A DNA stretch of 63,545 bases, counting the filler, from Octopus bimaculoides (Eukaryota): NCBI RefSeq assembly GCF_001194135.2. It is 7 parts of 7 records of this genome, joined end to end, with 100 filler letters (N's around TTAATTAATTAA, not from the genome) between each part and the next. Parts side by side here need not be neighbours in the genome. Positions count along the whole stretch, not along the records: positions 1 to 26,877 come from NC_068984.1; 6 more parts are not named here. One strand, written 5' to 3'. The position numbers and the translations under genes were made by a program. The stretch's first letter is position 1; the number at the start of each line of letters is the position of its first letter. Below, piece by piece: positions 14,289-26,877 of this stretch. Under the pieces are notes generated by a model, which ran no database searches, had not been told where the DNA came from, and worked only from the letters and a program-made list of their open reading frames with translations.

Positions 14289-14301
14289 CGCACGCACACA
14301 C

Positions 14302-14393
<92 letters not shown>

Positions 14394-14480
14394 GTATATA
14401 TACATGTATATGTTGTATACGTATATACATGCTTACGTATATATTCAAACATATGTACATATAAATGTACACACATGCAC
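14090..14480. repeat. Large compound TG/CA/TA microsatellite block
   Basis: Read directly; it generates several spurious ORFs in the track. Confidence 0.95.
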
Positions 14481-14483
14481 ATA

Positions 14484-15240
14484 CGAAGGTCGGTTGAAAA
14501 GTTCATAGGCTGATCAAGATACTCTTATGGAATGTGACTGAATGAGGTTTACTTTTCAACATAGTCTCCTTGCGGTCTGCAAACTTCTTCCACCGTTATT
14601 GCAGTGCGGTGATCTCATTGGTCAAAAAAGTCATCTACAGCAAATATGACATCATCATCAGTACGACACTGGTTCCCAGTCAAGTGTTTTTATAAGTTGG
14701 GGGAACAGATGATAGTCAGTTGGGGCCAAGTCAGGAGACTAGGGAAGGAGATCAACCAGTTCAAAGCCACAGTTATGCACAGTAGCCATTGAAACGAAGT
14801 GTTGGATCTTTCCTGAACGTTTGGTTTTGATAATCCTCAGCAAGTTGGCATAGTATTCTACATTACGGTGAGGCCCTTTCGAAGATAGTCAATGAATACA
14901 ATTCCTTTTACATCTCAAAAGATTGTGGTTATCACCTTTCCGGCAGATGAAACGACCTTGGCCTTCTTTGGAGCAGGTGAGGAGGAGTGTTTCCTCTGTA
15001 TGTATTGTCTCTTTGTTTTGTCTCTGGTTCAAAATTATGCATTCAGCACTCATCCTGAGTTAGGAAACATTTAAGCAAACTGGCTGAAGCTGCATCAAAC
15101 AATGTCAGATTTTCCCGTTATGTGATCAACGTGGTACGATTTTGTTCAGGTGTCAGAAGATGTGGCTCTCGCCGAGCAGAAACTTTCGTCATGACAAATT
15201 CATTGGCTGAATACTCCCAACTCTTTTCTCAGATATGCTA
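14484..15240 (-). mobile_element. Mariner (irritans-like) 3' half, degraded
   Basis: TA plus terminal CGAAGGTCGGTTGAAAAGTTC. Reverse translation gives KVSAR, PKKAKVVSSAGKVITTIF and SPDLAPTDYHLFP. The left end is exact and the right end approximate. Confidence 0.85.
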
Positions 15241-15270
15241 ATTAGATTGGCTATGATTTATGTCAAACGC

Positions 15271-15336
<66 letters not shown>

Positions 15337-16324
15337 GCGTGTGTAGTGGTTTACGAAAAGTTTTTAGCTACTTGTTAAGATTCCATTTTTCTTCCTTCTA
15401 AATTTGATACGTTTTCCCTTCTTGGCAGATACATATTACAATTTAGTTGTGTTTTCAGTTTAATCATAACTTTACTTCAGTAAAATGCAACAATGCAAAC
15501 AACCATTAGAAACAAAAGATATCAATGATAATACACGAGAGCAAGTTATCGGCCGCTATCAACGTGGAAAGTTGAATCGAAAATCGTTCAACTTCACGTT
15601 TTAATCGATTAACAAGTCGTAAAACGTTTTGGCCAGGGTAATAAGGGTAGCTAAGAAGGAAAATATCAACCATCGACATGCAAATTCTCTAGCGATATAT
15701 ATCGCTATGTTGTTTAATAAAAATACTGAAAGACCTTGAGTATGAACGAAGAGTTACAAGAGTAAAACCAATGATTTTAAGAAACTAAGAATCATTAAAA
15801 ATGGTTCCACTGGCTAAAGATTTCTGCAACAAAGAAGCTGAGTTTTATTTGTCAATATCAAATTCTGCCAGTTTTGCAATTAAAAGTAAATATATGTAGC
15901 ATTGCAAAACAGAAAATGAAACTTGGGAGTTGCACTGTATGCAAAGAACAGCTAAACACGAAGGAGCTTTTGTGTTGGACTCAGTTTGAGTACAAGGCAG
16001 ATCAAACCTGATTTTTGTTGAAAAATCTTTTAAATTACCTAAAGTATTTTCAAATGCAGGCATACCTCAACTTATGTAGTTTCAAGTTACGTTTTTTTTT
16101 TCGATTTTACATGTTTTTTTTCTTTTCTTTTTTTTATGAAAGAAATTAATGGAAATAAAATAACTTCGACTTCAGTCACTTTATCAGATTTTGCATCAGT
16201 CTCAGTGATCATATTTAATGAAATAAAACTTTAAATATTATTAGTATAAAACTTAAAAAACACCTAAAAACGAATACTGAATTGGAAAATCAAATAAAAG
16301 ACATGAGAAGATATGTATAGATCC

Positions 16325-16538
16325 CTTATTGGCTTGAAATTTTGGCACAAGGCCAGCAGGTTTGAATCAGGGGGCTAAGTCGATTACATCGACCCCAGTG
16401 TTTAACTGGTACTTATCGACCCCGAAAGGATGAAAGACCAAGTCAACCTTGACGAAATTAGGACTCAGAACGTAAAGACGGATGAAATGCTGCTCCGTAT
16501 TTCGCCCGGCGTGCTAATGATTCTGCCAGCTCGTCGCC
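16325..16538 (-). mobile_element. tRNA-derived SINE with Nin/Deu-type central domain
   Basis: Head GGCGACGAGCTGGCAGAA, a B-box-like segment and core TTTCATCCTTTCGGGGTCGATAAGTACCAG; multicopy in this window. Confidence 0.85.
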
Positions 16539-16826
16539 TTGCCTAAGTCCTTATTAAAATAGATATAAGCCAATATATTGTTTCTATTTTTTTTTTGTTT
16601 TGTTTTTTGTTTTTTGTTTTTTGTTTTGTTTTTCGCATTACGTCGCATGTCTTCGAATCAATTACCAATACAAGTAAAGGTAGGCTTCTGCTTGAAAATA
16701 ATCTATTATTCATTTATTCCAATGTAGAAACTGGTAAGAAGACTCTTCTTTTTGATGGTGACTGTATCTCTTATTATGCTAGGAGGTTATAAGCTTCGAA
16801 AAGAACTCTGAAATGGGCTGCTCAAC

Positions 16827-16975
16827 TGCGACGAGCTGGCAGAATCATTAGCACGCCGGGCGAAATGCATAGCAGTAATTCATCCGTCTTTACGTTCTGA
16901 GTCCTAATTCCGTCGAGGTTGACTTGGTCTTTCATCCTTTCGGGGTCGATAAGTACCAGTTAAACACTGGGGTCG
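16827..16975 (+). mobile_element. Same SINE family, inverted relative to 16325-16538 and 3'-truncated
   Basis: 149-bp inverted match to 16390-16538 with about 8 mismatches counted by eye. Confidence 0.85.
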
Positions 16976-17356
16976 TTTGGGATCATAGGGATAGAAAGTT
17001 GAGCAAGATTGCCGAAAATTCCTTAAACCACAGAGGTGAAAGAAGTATTGGGCGAAGACTAGATAAATATGGATCTGTGTTATTTTAAAAATTGACGCGC
17101 ACAAAATACCAGGGGAAAATTTCATTCATTTCAGATAATATTTTACAAGTTTATCCATGCAAGTTTTATTACTAGTTAAATTAATGTTGCGTTTTGTTAC
17201 ATAGCTACAAAGTTATTGTAGGATACTGCATACATACATACATACATACATACATACATACATACATACATACATACATACATACACACACACATACACA
17301 CACAGACATACATACATACATACATACAAACATACACACATACATACATACATACA

Positions 17357-17388
<32 letters not shown>

Positions 17389-17559
17389 AAAAAAAAGATA
17401 CGGTGTCTAACACAAAGGACTATTCATTCTCCCGGATAATGAATACTACCCCTTATAATTTTTGCCATTAATACAAGTCTGGTAAAAGAAACGGTTACTT
17501 TCTTTGAGTAAATGCAAAGAAACAATCTTTGTTGAAAAGATCGTGGTACTAATCAAACA

Positions 17560-18300
17560 GTGAAATGAATAATACATACCAACGTGAAAATTATTATACA
17601 CACACCATGGCGACGAGCGCGGAGCTGTCAAGAAAAATTTCAGTGGACGTTCGAATTGAACTAGGACCTATACCAGTTCTACAGAAAGGCTAGGGAAGAT
17701 CCCTCAATAGGCTAATATGAAGGGACTTAAAGAGTATCAAGATTAAAAAAATACCCAGCATTCTCAAATTCGTTGCAGACATAACACAGCTGATATTGTT
17801 CTGTAGGACAGGAAACAAAAGCTATGTACTGTTGTAGAGGTCAGCTACCCAGCGGATGTGAATATTCCGGCAAAAGTCAAAAAAAAAAAAGAACCTTAAT
17901 GGTGAATTAATGCGGAACTTACTGCTCTTGTACCCTGACTATAAATTCTCATTTGTACTTATTCTCATAGACACATTAGATACCTACAAATTCACATAAA
18001 AACCTAAAAATACTAGGTGTTTCGAAGTAAGAGCAAAAGAAATTGATGCGAATTCGCAAAATCCAATCTATTAACAGCACAGTGAAAATTTGTAAGACAT
18101 TCCAAAGATTCTCCATCTGAGATTCTTTAGATAAATATATGCACACACTTGAAGGTGTGCATCAACAACTCAACCAGCACACCAACTGAACCACATATTT
18201 ATAAAAACCGAGAACTCTCTTAACTCAAAAAGCCTTGTCGCATTATTAGCGACCAGATTGAACTTTCTCAAAAAGAACTAAAGAAAACTCAAAGAAAAAC
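17560..18300 (+). mobile_element. R4-like RLE retrotransposon, second family, 3' fragment
   Basis: Reads CTVVEVSYPADVNI...ELMRNLLLLYPDYKF...VKICKTF and is homologous to 28790-29190. Confidence 0.7.
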
Positions 18301-20416
18301 ATACTACATACATACATACATACATACATACATACATGTGTGTATATATGTGTTTGTGTGTGCGCGCGCATGCGTGCGTGTGCATGTTTGTGTGCGTGTA
18401 TGATTATGTATAATACAACAAATCAGTACTCAGTCACCAATCATAAAAAAAATATTACTCGATATAATACTATATTTAGCTAGGAAAAGTATTATCATAT
18501 TTTATCTTTTACGTGAACACATAATAACCAAGTTAATCTCATATGTCAAGGTTATTAGTTCTACAACAGTTTGTAAACGTCTGTAAAAAAATTATGTCAA
18601 GTTAGCCTCTGTTCTTTATATTACTCAGTATAAGTGAAAGTCGATGTATCCATGGTATAAAAACTGCTTGCAAACAACTTCAAATTATGTTAATTTTTTA
18701 ATATAGATGGTCAATCCTTTACAGGTAAAAAATAAATTAGTTTTTATTTCTGGATTTGATTGTTTTTGATTGTTTTTTCTTTTTTTTTTTTGGTGTCAAT
18801 GGCTCCTGTTTTTTACGGGGTATTTCCATCAGTGATTCTATGTTTTATCGCATTCACTTTTATTTTCACTTTGATAACATTTTTATTGTTTTTTTTTTGT
18901 TTTGTTTTTTTTTTAGCAGAGCTTGTCCATTTGACATTCTTAAACGTTTTATTTTGTCTTAGTTTTCAGAAAAAAATGTACATATTCAAACGTCTTGTCA
19001 GTATATACAATACACCACGTGTCGCTGTATANNNNNNNNNNNNNNNTATATATATATTTGTGAGATACACTTTAGCGTTTGAAGCTGTTGAATTTTTTTC
19101 ACTTTATAAAATTAAAATTTAATTTCTAAGTCATTGACATGACCTGGAGTCGTTCTGTTTATGTTTTACTATTTGTTTCACAATGCTTAATGAGACAGTT
19201 TGAAGTTTTCTGAATTAACCAACTGCGTTTCTACTTTCTTACTGCAACAGTGTCTCTATTTAGCTGTTCTATTTGTATTTTGTATTTGAAAGTTCATTCT
19301 GCCTTCTTAATGCTTATCTAATGTCTTAATATTCATAAATTTCGATGTTTTATCATGCATCACAACATTTATAAAAAATCTCTTCATCATTATTGTAGCC
19401 CGAACAGTTCTTTTGAGGTTAGTTGCTGCTGTAGTATGGAACAATAACACTTAAGTTTGATTTAATTTTTTTCCAGAAGGACCAACAAAAATTTTTCACT
19501 CTAAATTTTCCCCCTACTTGCTGGAGTTGTTCAGTTTGTTTTTTGTATTCGGAGATTCATTCTGCTACCGTCACTGTCTCATAATGTTTTAATGTTCACA
19601 AATTCAGATGATTTGCCCGGTATCGCAACAGTCATAAGAAATTTCTATGTTAGTTTAGCGTGCAGTCTACTGCAATATGTATGGTGTACATGGTGAAATG
19701 ACCTGGTCTGGGTTAGGATTAGGAGCACTTCGAAATTACAGACTGAAAACTCAGAGGGCCAAAATTGAATGGTGCCTCTTTATGTCTATTCAAGAAATAT
19801 TGCACTTCATGAACTTCTGTGAATTTTATTTGTATAGTGTTTCGAGAGTGGTAACTATGATTTTCTTATCTTCCTGTTATTTTGGAATCTTTATTTACTT
19901 CCTCATCTATTATCAACTTTCATGGGTTAACTTTTTCAACAACAATTCCGTCATTATTGACGGCTCGAGTACTCTAGTATATTATAATCTATAATATATT
20001 CTGCTAATCATGGAGTGTTATGTGTCAAAGGGAATCAAAATTGACCTCTTTAGAGCAATCAGAAAGGGAAAATGTTTTCTTTTACATGAAAGTGAAATTA
20101 TTTTCCTTAGCATAAAATTGAAAGTTTCCTTTTGCAAAAAAAAAAAAAAAAAAATGAGCGCGTATTCTCTGGGCTGAAAAGCGAACGGTTATTTTTTTCT
20201 TAATACAAAAGATAAATGTGTGATAAATGTATCTAATCTCTTTCAATAAGTTCATCATTAGGAAAGTATATTGTCACGTAAACTAGATTACATAAAAATC
20301 TGAAAGCACTGGGAACCAATATAACGTTTATTTCTTCTTTTTGTACAATTTTGCAGCAATTCGAGATGTTACAGCATCAAGTATTACAACCGCTACTCTG
20401 CACACATATGCACGCA

Positions 20417-20497
<81 letters not shown>

Positions 20498-21109
20498 TCT
20501 CTCAAACACACACACAGTGAAGCTTTCTTTAATTCCAGCCATCTCGCTAGACTCCCACGGTCTAACTATATTACCATAAAAGGCAAAAGTCAGTTACAAA
20601 AAATTAATTGTGTCATCATAAAAGGCTCATGGTTCGATTTTAAAATTTTCCCGTTAAATAGTTCTGCCGAAGGTTCTAGAAGGTTGACTAATTGTTGTCG
20701 AGATTTTTTTTATCTGCAGTGGTAGCAAAAGCGTTGCTTTACAAATGGATTTCGCATTTTGGAACTCCAACGATAGTAACAATCGACAGAGGCTAACAAT
20801 TTGAATCTAGTTTATTTACTGAATTAACCCATTTGTTGGATATTAAGTAGATTCGTATTACGGCATGATAGCACTTTTCACTGCAAACTTAAAACATCAT
20901 TTAAAGCATATGATAACACAGACAGATAGAATGTCTGTCTATTTTATTTCTAAGAATCAGTACGTCAATTAAAGCAAACCTACGTTTTAAGCCAGCAGAA
21001 CTGTTTTATGGCATGACATTAACTCTTCCTGGATAGAGAGAATCACATAGTCATAGTTCTCTCTGTGCAGTCTTGTTTTAATGGACTTTAATCCTTGATA
21101 CAAATTATG

Positions 21110-21400
21110 AAGATGTTAATAATTTCAAGAAAAATATCCGAACTTTTATTCGAGCAGTTTCTTTTGCTTCATTTGGTGTAAAAATTTCTACACTTGAACG
21201 AAACAGTGTCTATTGTTTTAGAATTCAATGAAAAGCATAGCATTTTACTTCTATTCTTCTCGGAAAATAATCGCCCAACATATGGTCGACTTCACACTAC
21301 TGTTGCAAATGAAGTTTTATAAAACTGCATACATACTTCTCAAAATTCAGAGTGTTTGCCTGGAATAAACTATATAAAAATATGTTTGGTAGAGTTGCAA
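21110..21400 (+). mobile_element. Helitron Rep N-terminal coding remnant
   Basis: NFKKNIRTFIRAVSFASFGVKI...VYCFRIQ then RPTYGRLH...ECLP matches the RepHel N-terminal consensus NIRxYNxAxAFASxG...YCFRIxG. Confidence 0.65.
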
Positions 21401-23149
21401 GAACAAGCAAATACACTCAGAGAAAATACATTCCTGCAGAAATATGAACAGCGATTCAGGCGGTGCAATTTTTCTAAAAATGATTTGTTTCAAATTTTTA
21501 GTACATATCTAGGAATTTTCATTATTTACATTATTTACAATTGACGGATATCTGTCCTCATCTTGTTTGTTGTTAACACAACGTTTCAGCCGAAAATTTT
21601 AGAAAAATTGCACCGCCTGAATCGCTGTTACCCTTTTTAATTCTACAGTTATTGTAACACACAGGTGGTTTCATTGTCATTCGCAGATCAGTAAAGCTTT
21701 TTCAGCAATATTTACTCGAAGCATACGTTAAAATTAAATGGTGCGAGTTGCATTTCAGTTACATAAAATTATATTGATAAACATAGCAAACAAATAAATT
21801 ATGCCATTTCTGAGTTATCTTGTATGTCTGTAGAGCTAAGCTAAATGAAGAGTTCTTTTATCATTTGTGTATTTTTCCTGCAACATCAGCATTGATTTGG
21901 GAGATACATCTCTGTGGTGTGTAGTGTATGTTTTTAGTCACCTGTTTTTTTTTTCTTTTTCTTTTTTGTATATCTGGCATTGCAACAACTTCAGCAGTAT
22001 TCTTAGCAAATTCGCCACCAGAACATAGATGTTTGATTGGAGCAAAATTCCATGAGCTAAGAAACTTAACTTCAGTTGTATTGGCTTCCTTACTGAACGT
22101 TGTCAACGGTGTACATTGACTATTAGCGATCATTTAGACACAACTTGATTTCTTTTGATTACTTTAATGTAGATGAATAATCATACGAATTTTTTTTTTG
22201 TGGCGGGGGGGGGGTTATTGTCTTCATAGTGATGATTCAAAAAGTTGGTTTTAAGTGACACAAAAGTTCAGCTCCTATAACGATGAAAGCAAATTCTTCC
22301 AGTCAATCTAGCTTCTTACGAAGCTCAAATTTGTAATCTACCTTCTTACCAAGCTCAAATTTGTAATTTACACTAAGTCAAAGTATTTTTACATTTTATT
22401 TTTCTATCATTTATTTCTTTCTAGTAAATGCGTCGAAGTTATTTCACTATTTATTTACTTCTGTCTTTCTGATAAATGTTTAAAAGTTATTTCAATAGTT
22501 TTACATTTCTAGAGAGTAAGTTTGGCGACTATACGAATATAATTTTCTGAAGAATAACTTTGGTTACTATGAGTGTCTACATAAAAGATATATTGTTGTT
22601 TAACTCAAACCACCCTTGATCCAATAGACCAGTTATTAAAGGAAATCCAATCGTGACCATCCCGTGTTTTACATATCTGCTGAAAAGACAGGACCATATT
22701 ATTTAAATAGTTCTTTTCTAAGACGGTAGAGTGTGATTTGGTGGAGAAAAGATTTGACTGATATTTTTAGATCGGTCAAGAAGCGGTTCCCATCCTGGAC
22801 CGTTCTTGTTCTGTAGTTGTATGCTCTAAACAATTTGAAGCGAAAGTGTGAAAAACGGAATTGTTTATACCCACTAATTAATTATAAAAGTTGATTCCAC
22901 CCCATCCCCTTATTTCTCTTTTATAACTGTGATAGATAAAGGAACTCAAGCAACATATTTCCACGAGCTGCAACTTTAAACAGCAAAGAGCTACTTTGTA
23001 GCACGCGATTTGGTCACATCAGTAATACAACAGAAATATATCAACGCAACGCCATAGCTAGTTAGTCGATCGCTTGATACGTTAGAATTGTCGTCAAATC
23101 TCTCTCAAATCCTACCCACCAAATTTTAAAAGAATGATACAGTAGCTAC

Positions 23150-23575
23150 AATAAATACTTTTTTCGCTGCTTTTGCAGATTCCCATGACTCTTTCGCTAT
23201 CCAATTCCATTATTATGAATTTGAATTGGGAGTTTGAGTCATAGTGAACCTTTCATTAGCTGATTACACAACAATGGATGTCAGCCCTATGGATGTACTG
23301 CAATTACTCTCTTGATAGAGCTTCGTGATCTTCACCGTTGATCTTCTAGAATTCCCCCGTTCAGTATCAATGTCAGAAGCACTATTGGCTCAGTTGAGCT
23401 CTTCCGCTGCTTCTTCAAAATCTGCCATGCTGCAGTCCCATGACTTCACCACATCCCTGGCAGCATGGCTGAACGAGTGTTATGCCTTACCAAAGGGTGG
23501 CCCGTAACTATACCGGGCACGGTCGTCACTCCGTGAAGTATTTTTCAAAATACCCGCATTCCCGACTGTAAATTC
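23150..23575 (-). repeat. Unclassified dispersed repeat; diverged partner at 35450-35790 (+)
   Basis: The two copies share collinear blocks such as GTATTTTGAAAA, CCCTTTGG.AAGGCATA.CAC.CGTTCAGCC, GGTGAAGTCATG and ATTGATACTGAACGG. Confidence 0.7.
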
Positions 23576-24418
23576 TAGATATCCTCAAAAGATTCGATAG
23601 ACACATTTAGGACACATTTGGAACACATTTGATCAATGAGCTGCTCGATTAAGATTGAGCTAAGGCTAAACAAAAATAGAGTTAGGGAAATATATAAGAG
23701 ATTTTCCCGGATTATAAGACGAATTTTTCAGACCAAAATTTACGCCCCCAAAAAGATGGGTGAACTTATACACTAAAACGACTTAAGAGGAAGAAAAATT
23801 TAATGTGAAATGTATTAGGATTTGGAATGATAGTGAAGATGTTTCAATGTTTACACTACATTTTTACACTACATTTTTACACTACATGTTTACACTATAT
23901 TACTACGTCGACTTGTACGCAAGAAAATACGGTGTTGCGTCTTTTGAGGGGCTTACAACTACCTGGATTACTAGTGGTTGTTTTAATTTTGTCAACAATA
24001 TTTCTATAATTGAAATTAATTCTCATTAAATTATATGATTTGTCTTTCCATGCCTCTCTGCGATCTTTGAATTCGTTATTGTTGTTCTGATCAGTTTTTT
24101 CAATTCCAGTCCTAATTGATGTTATTCATTTATTGGTGATGTCCCTTTACATCATTAAAGCTCATTACAAACAGCCTGCAATGTTAAATTAACAAATTTT
24201 AAATTCAATTTCCGTTGCGGTAATTGATGGTGACTTTCACCATAGTGAAAGATAGTGGGATCAGCTAATTCCCCTCTAGGCCTTCCTTTAATCTGTGCGG
24301 TAAAAAAAAAACATATTTTCCAAATCCAGAGAATAAAGAAAATGTTGCAAGTGAGGATAAGTCCAAGAAAAAAAAATTCACAGGAAAAATTCACAATAAT
24401 ACTTCAATTAATGTTTTT

Positions 24419-24492
<74 letters not shown>

Positions 24493-25723
24493 TCATTAAG
24501 ATGGCAGATAATTTTAAGGCATTGAATAAAACGTGATTCTTTTTTTTTTTCACATACACGCAATCCTATTATATAGACTATGCTGTCATTGTCATTGTGT
24601 TCAAATGTATTATTTTAATAAGCGACTTCAAATATTTGTTTGATTACGTAATTATTTATGTTGTTTAAATGAAATGTGATATGTTTCTATGACATATTTT
24701 CAAAAATTATGACTTTCTCTTACATTTATTTGCCCTTTTTTGTCTTTATTTCCGTTCACCTTGACAAAACTAGCTGCTGTCTACAAAATAAAAAAAAAAC
24801 TGTTTTGGTCTCCAGTCTTATTCATGTGTACATACACTCTTTAACATCATGACTAAGACATGGAGCCTTTTACACCAACGAGATCATATTACGGAATAGC
24901 AACAATGCTATTCTCATAGGAAACTATTCGTTGTTAACTGTTGTATTATTTTAGCTAACGATAACAATATTACTCAACCACAAATAATACACGAAACGAA
25001 ATAGAATATATTATATTTTGATGTTCGTAATAATAACAGACTTAAAATATTGGTAGAAGATACGTACCCACTTACCTTCAGTATTATTAACGCACATTTG
25101 CATTGAACACCATAATCAATAAGCAAAAAATCGATTAGCTTCGTGTAAAAGTAACAGAGAAACATAGTTCGATAGCATCTGATACACATTCATTCTGTAT
25201 GGATTTTTAAATCAATACTATCTGATCTCTTGAATTTAGTAAACTTTACTTGCTAAAATGCCTATTCAAAGGCGCAAACATACGTTTGTTGGGGATGACT
25301 GGGTATTTGGATCGTTATTTTCTTTCTAAATAAATAAAAGCTTAATTTCACACATCAGCCTTCCACTTCATTGTATCAAATTTTATTGCATTTAATCTCG
25401 TCGTTTATTCCATGTTGACTATGAACAAAAACAAAGAAAACAAGCAGTTAATTGTTTATACATACGTAAAAATGACCAAATGACCATTTTTTGTAATTAG
25501 GAGGTGGGGGACAACAACAACAGCATCACTGCGAACTTCGATGTGGTCAGCCAAACTGCTAGAAAGAGAAGTAAAGGTTTCTCTCACTTCAAATCATATC
25601 GTCTAAAAAAAATTAAACGGCACATTGGATGATGTTTTAGGCAGACTGAAAGAAAAAAGGATGCTTTTGATAAAAGTCTACTCAATCTCGAGGCTGACCT
25701 GGTGCTAAACAACACCAGCAGCA

Positions 25724-26250
25724 AGAAGAAGAAGAAGAAGAAGAAGAAGAAGAAGAAGAAGAAGAAGAAGAAGAAGAAGAAGAAGAAGAAGAAGAAGAAG
25801 AAGAAGAAGAAGAANNNNNNNNNNNNNNNNNNNNNNNNNNNNNNNNNNNNNNNNNNNNNNNNNNNNNNNNNNNNNNNNNNNNNNNNNNNNNNNNNNNNNN
25901 NNNNNNNNNNNNNNNNNNNNNNNNNNNNNNNNNNNNNNNNNNNNNNNNNNNNNNNNNNNNNNNNNNNNNNNNNNNNNNNNNNNNNNNNNNNNNNNNNNNN
26001 NNNNNNNNNNNNNNNNNNNNNNNNNNNNNNNNNNNNNNNNNNNNNNNNNNNNNNNNNNNNNNNNNNNNNNNNNNNNNNNNNNNNNNNNNNNNNNNNNNNN
26101 NNNNNNNNNNNNNNNNNNNNNNNNNNNNNNNNNNNNNNNNNNNNNNNNNNNNNNNNNNNNNNNNNNNNNNNNNNNNNNNNNGGAGGAAGGGGAAGGAAGA
26201 GGGAGAGGAGGAGGAAGGGGAGAGGAGGAGGAAGAGGGAGAGGAGGAGGT
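25724..26250. repeat. (AAG)n tract, N gap and purine-rich tract
   Basis: Read directly; the gap is bounded by simple repeats. Confidence 0.9.
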
Positions 26251-26535
26251 TCTTTGCATTTACGGACCAGAAAATTCCATTCATTCTTTTAAAAACGCGT
26301 CACAATGTTACAACGGGATTACAGAATAGAGGTACACCTACACACATAAGTATATAAAAAGAAAGCCCGTACAAAAACGTTAACCAATGCATACACACAC
26401 ACAATAAAATAAGTACCAATTCAGCACTGGTAATCGACTTAACCTTTCCTTTGAAACCAGTATATATTTATAATTGATTATAATAATTTCTGTGTATGTT
26501 ATCCGATGTGTACAATACTATAAATCCATTACGGT

Positions 26536-26620
26536 CGATCTTACCAATCGGTTTCGCGCTAGAGATTCAACGGAGTGTTAAGTAACAATCTTATTATGTA
26601 AATCTGCGCTCATCAGAGGT
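26536..26620 (-). ncRNA. Type I hammerhead ribozyme motif (left arm of an inverted pair)
   Basis: Reverse strand reads CTGATGA (26616-26610), GCGC-AGA...TCT-A-GCGC (perfect stem II base), then GAAA-CC-GATT-GG-TA. Predicted cleavage is after 26542. Confidence 0.65.
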
Positions 26621-26656
26621 AGCCATTATGAAATAAAATATGGCGACTGTTATAAC

Positions 26657-26745
26657 GGCTTCCTCTGATGAGCGCAGGGATATATAATCGGATTGTTACC
26701 TAACCGTTGGATCTCTAGCACGAAACCGATTGGTAAGATCGGCCG
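26657..26745 (+). ncRNA. Type I hammerhead ribozyme motif (right arm of an inverted pair)
   Basis: CTGATGA at 26665-26671, stem II GCGC-AGGGAT...ATCTCT-A-GCAC (one mismatch), GAAA at 26722-26725 and stem III ACC-GATT-GGT. Predicted GUA cleavage is after 26735. Stem I is short (CT/AG, possibly extended by GGCT/GGCC). Confidence 0.65.
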
Positions 26746-26840
26746 TAATGGATATATAATATTGTACACTTTTTCTTGACTTATGGACTCTTAGACGACT
26801 TACGCACACGCACACATATATGTATAAGCCAAATGTATGT

Positions 26841-26877
<37 letters not shown>

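Noticed and set aside
21861-22133. 90-aa ORF with a KRKRKKK NLS-like stretch
   Set aside because: The basic run comes from a poly-T tract, and there is no domain similarity or clear exon boundary.
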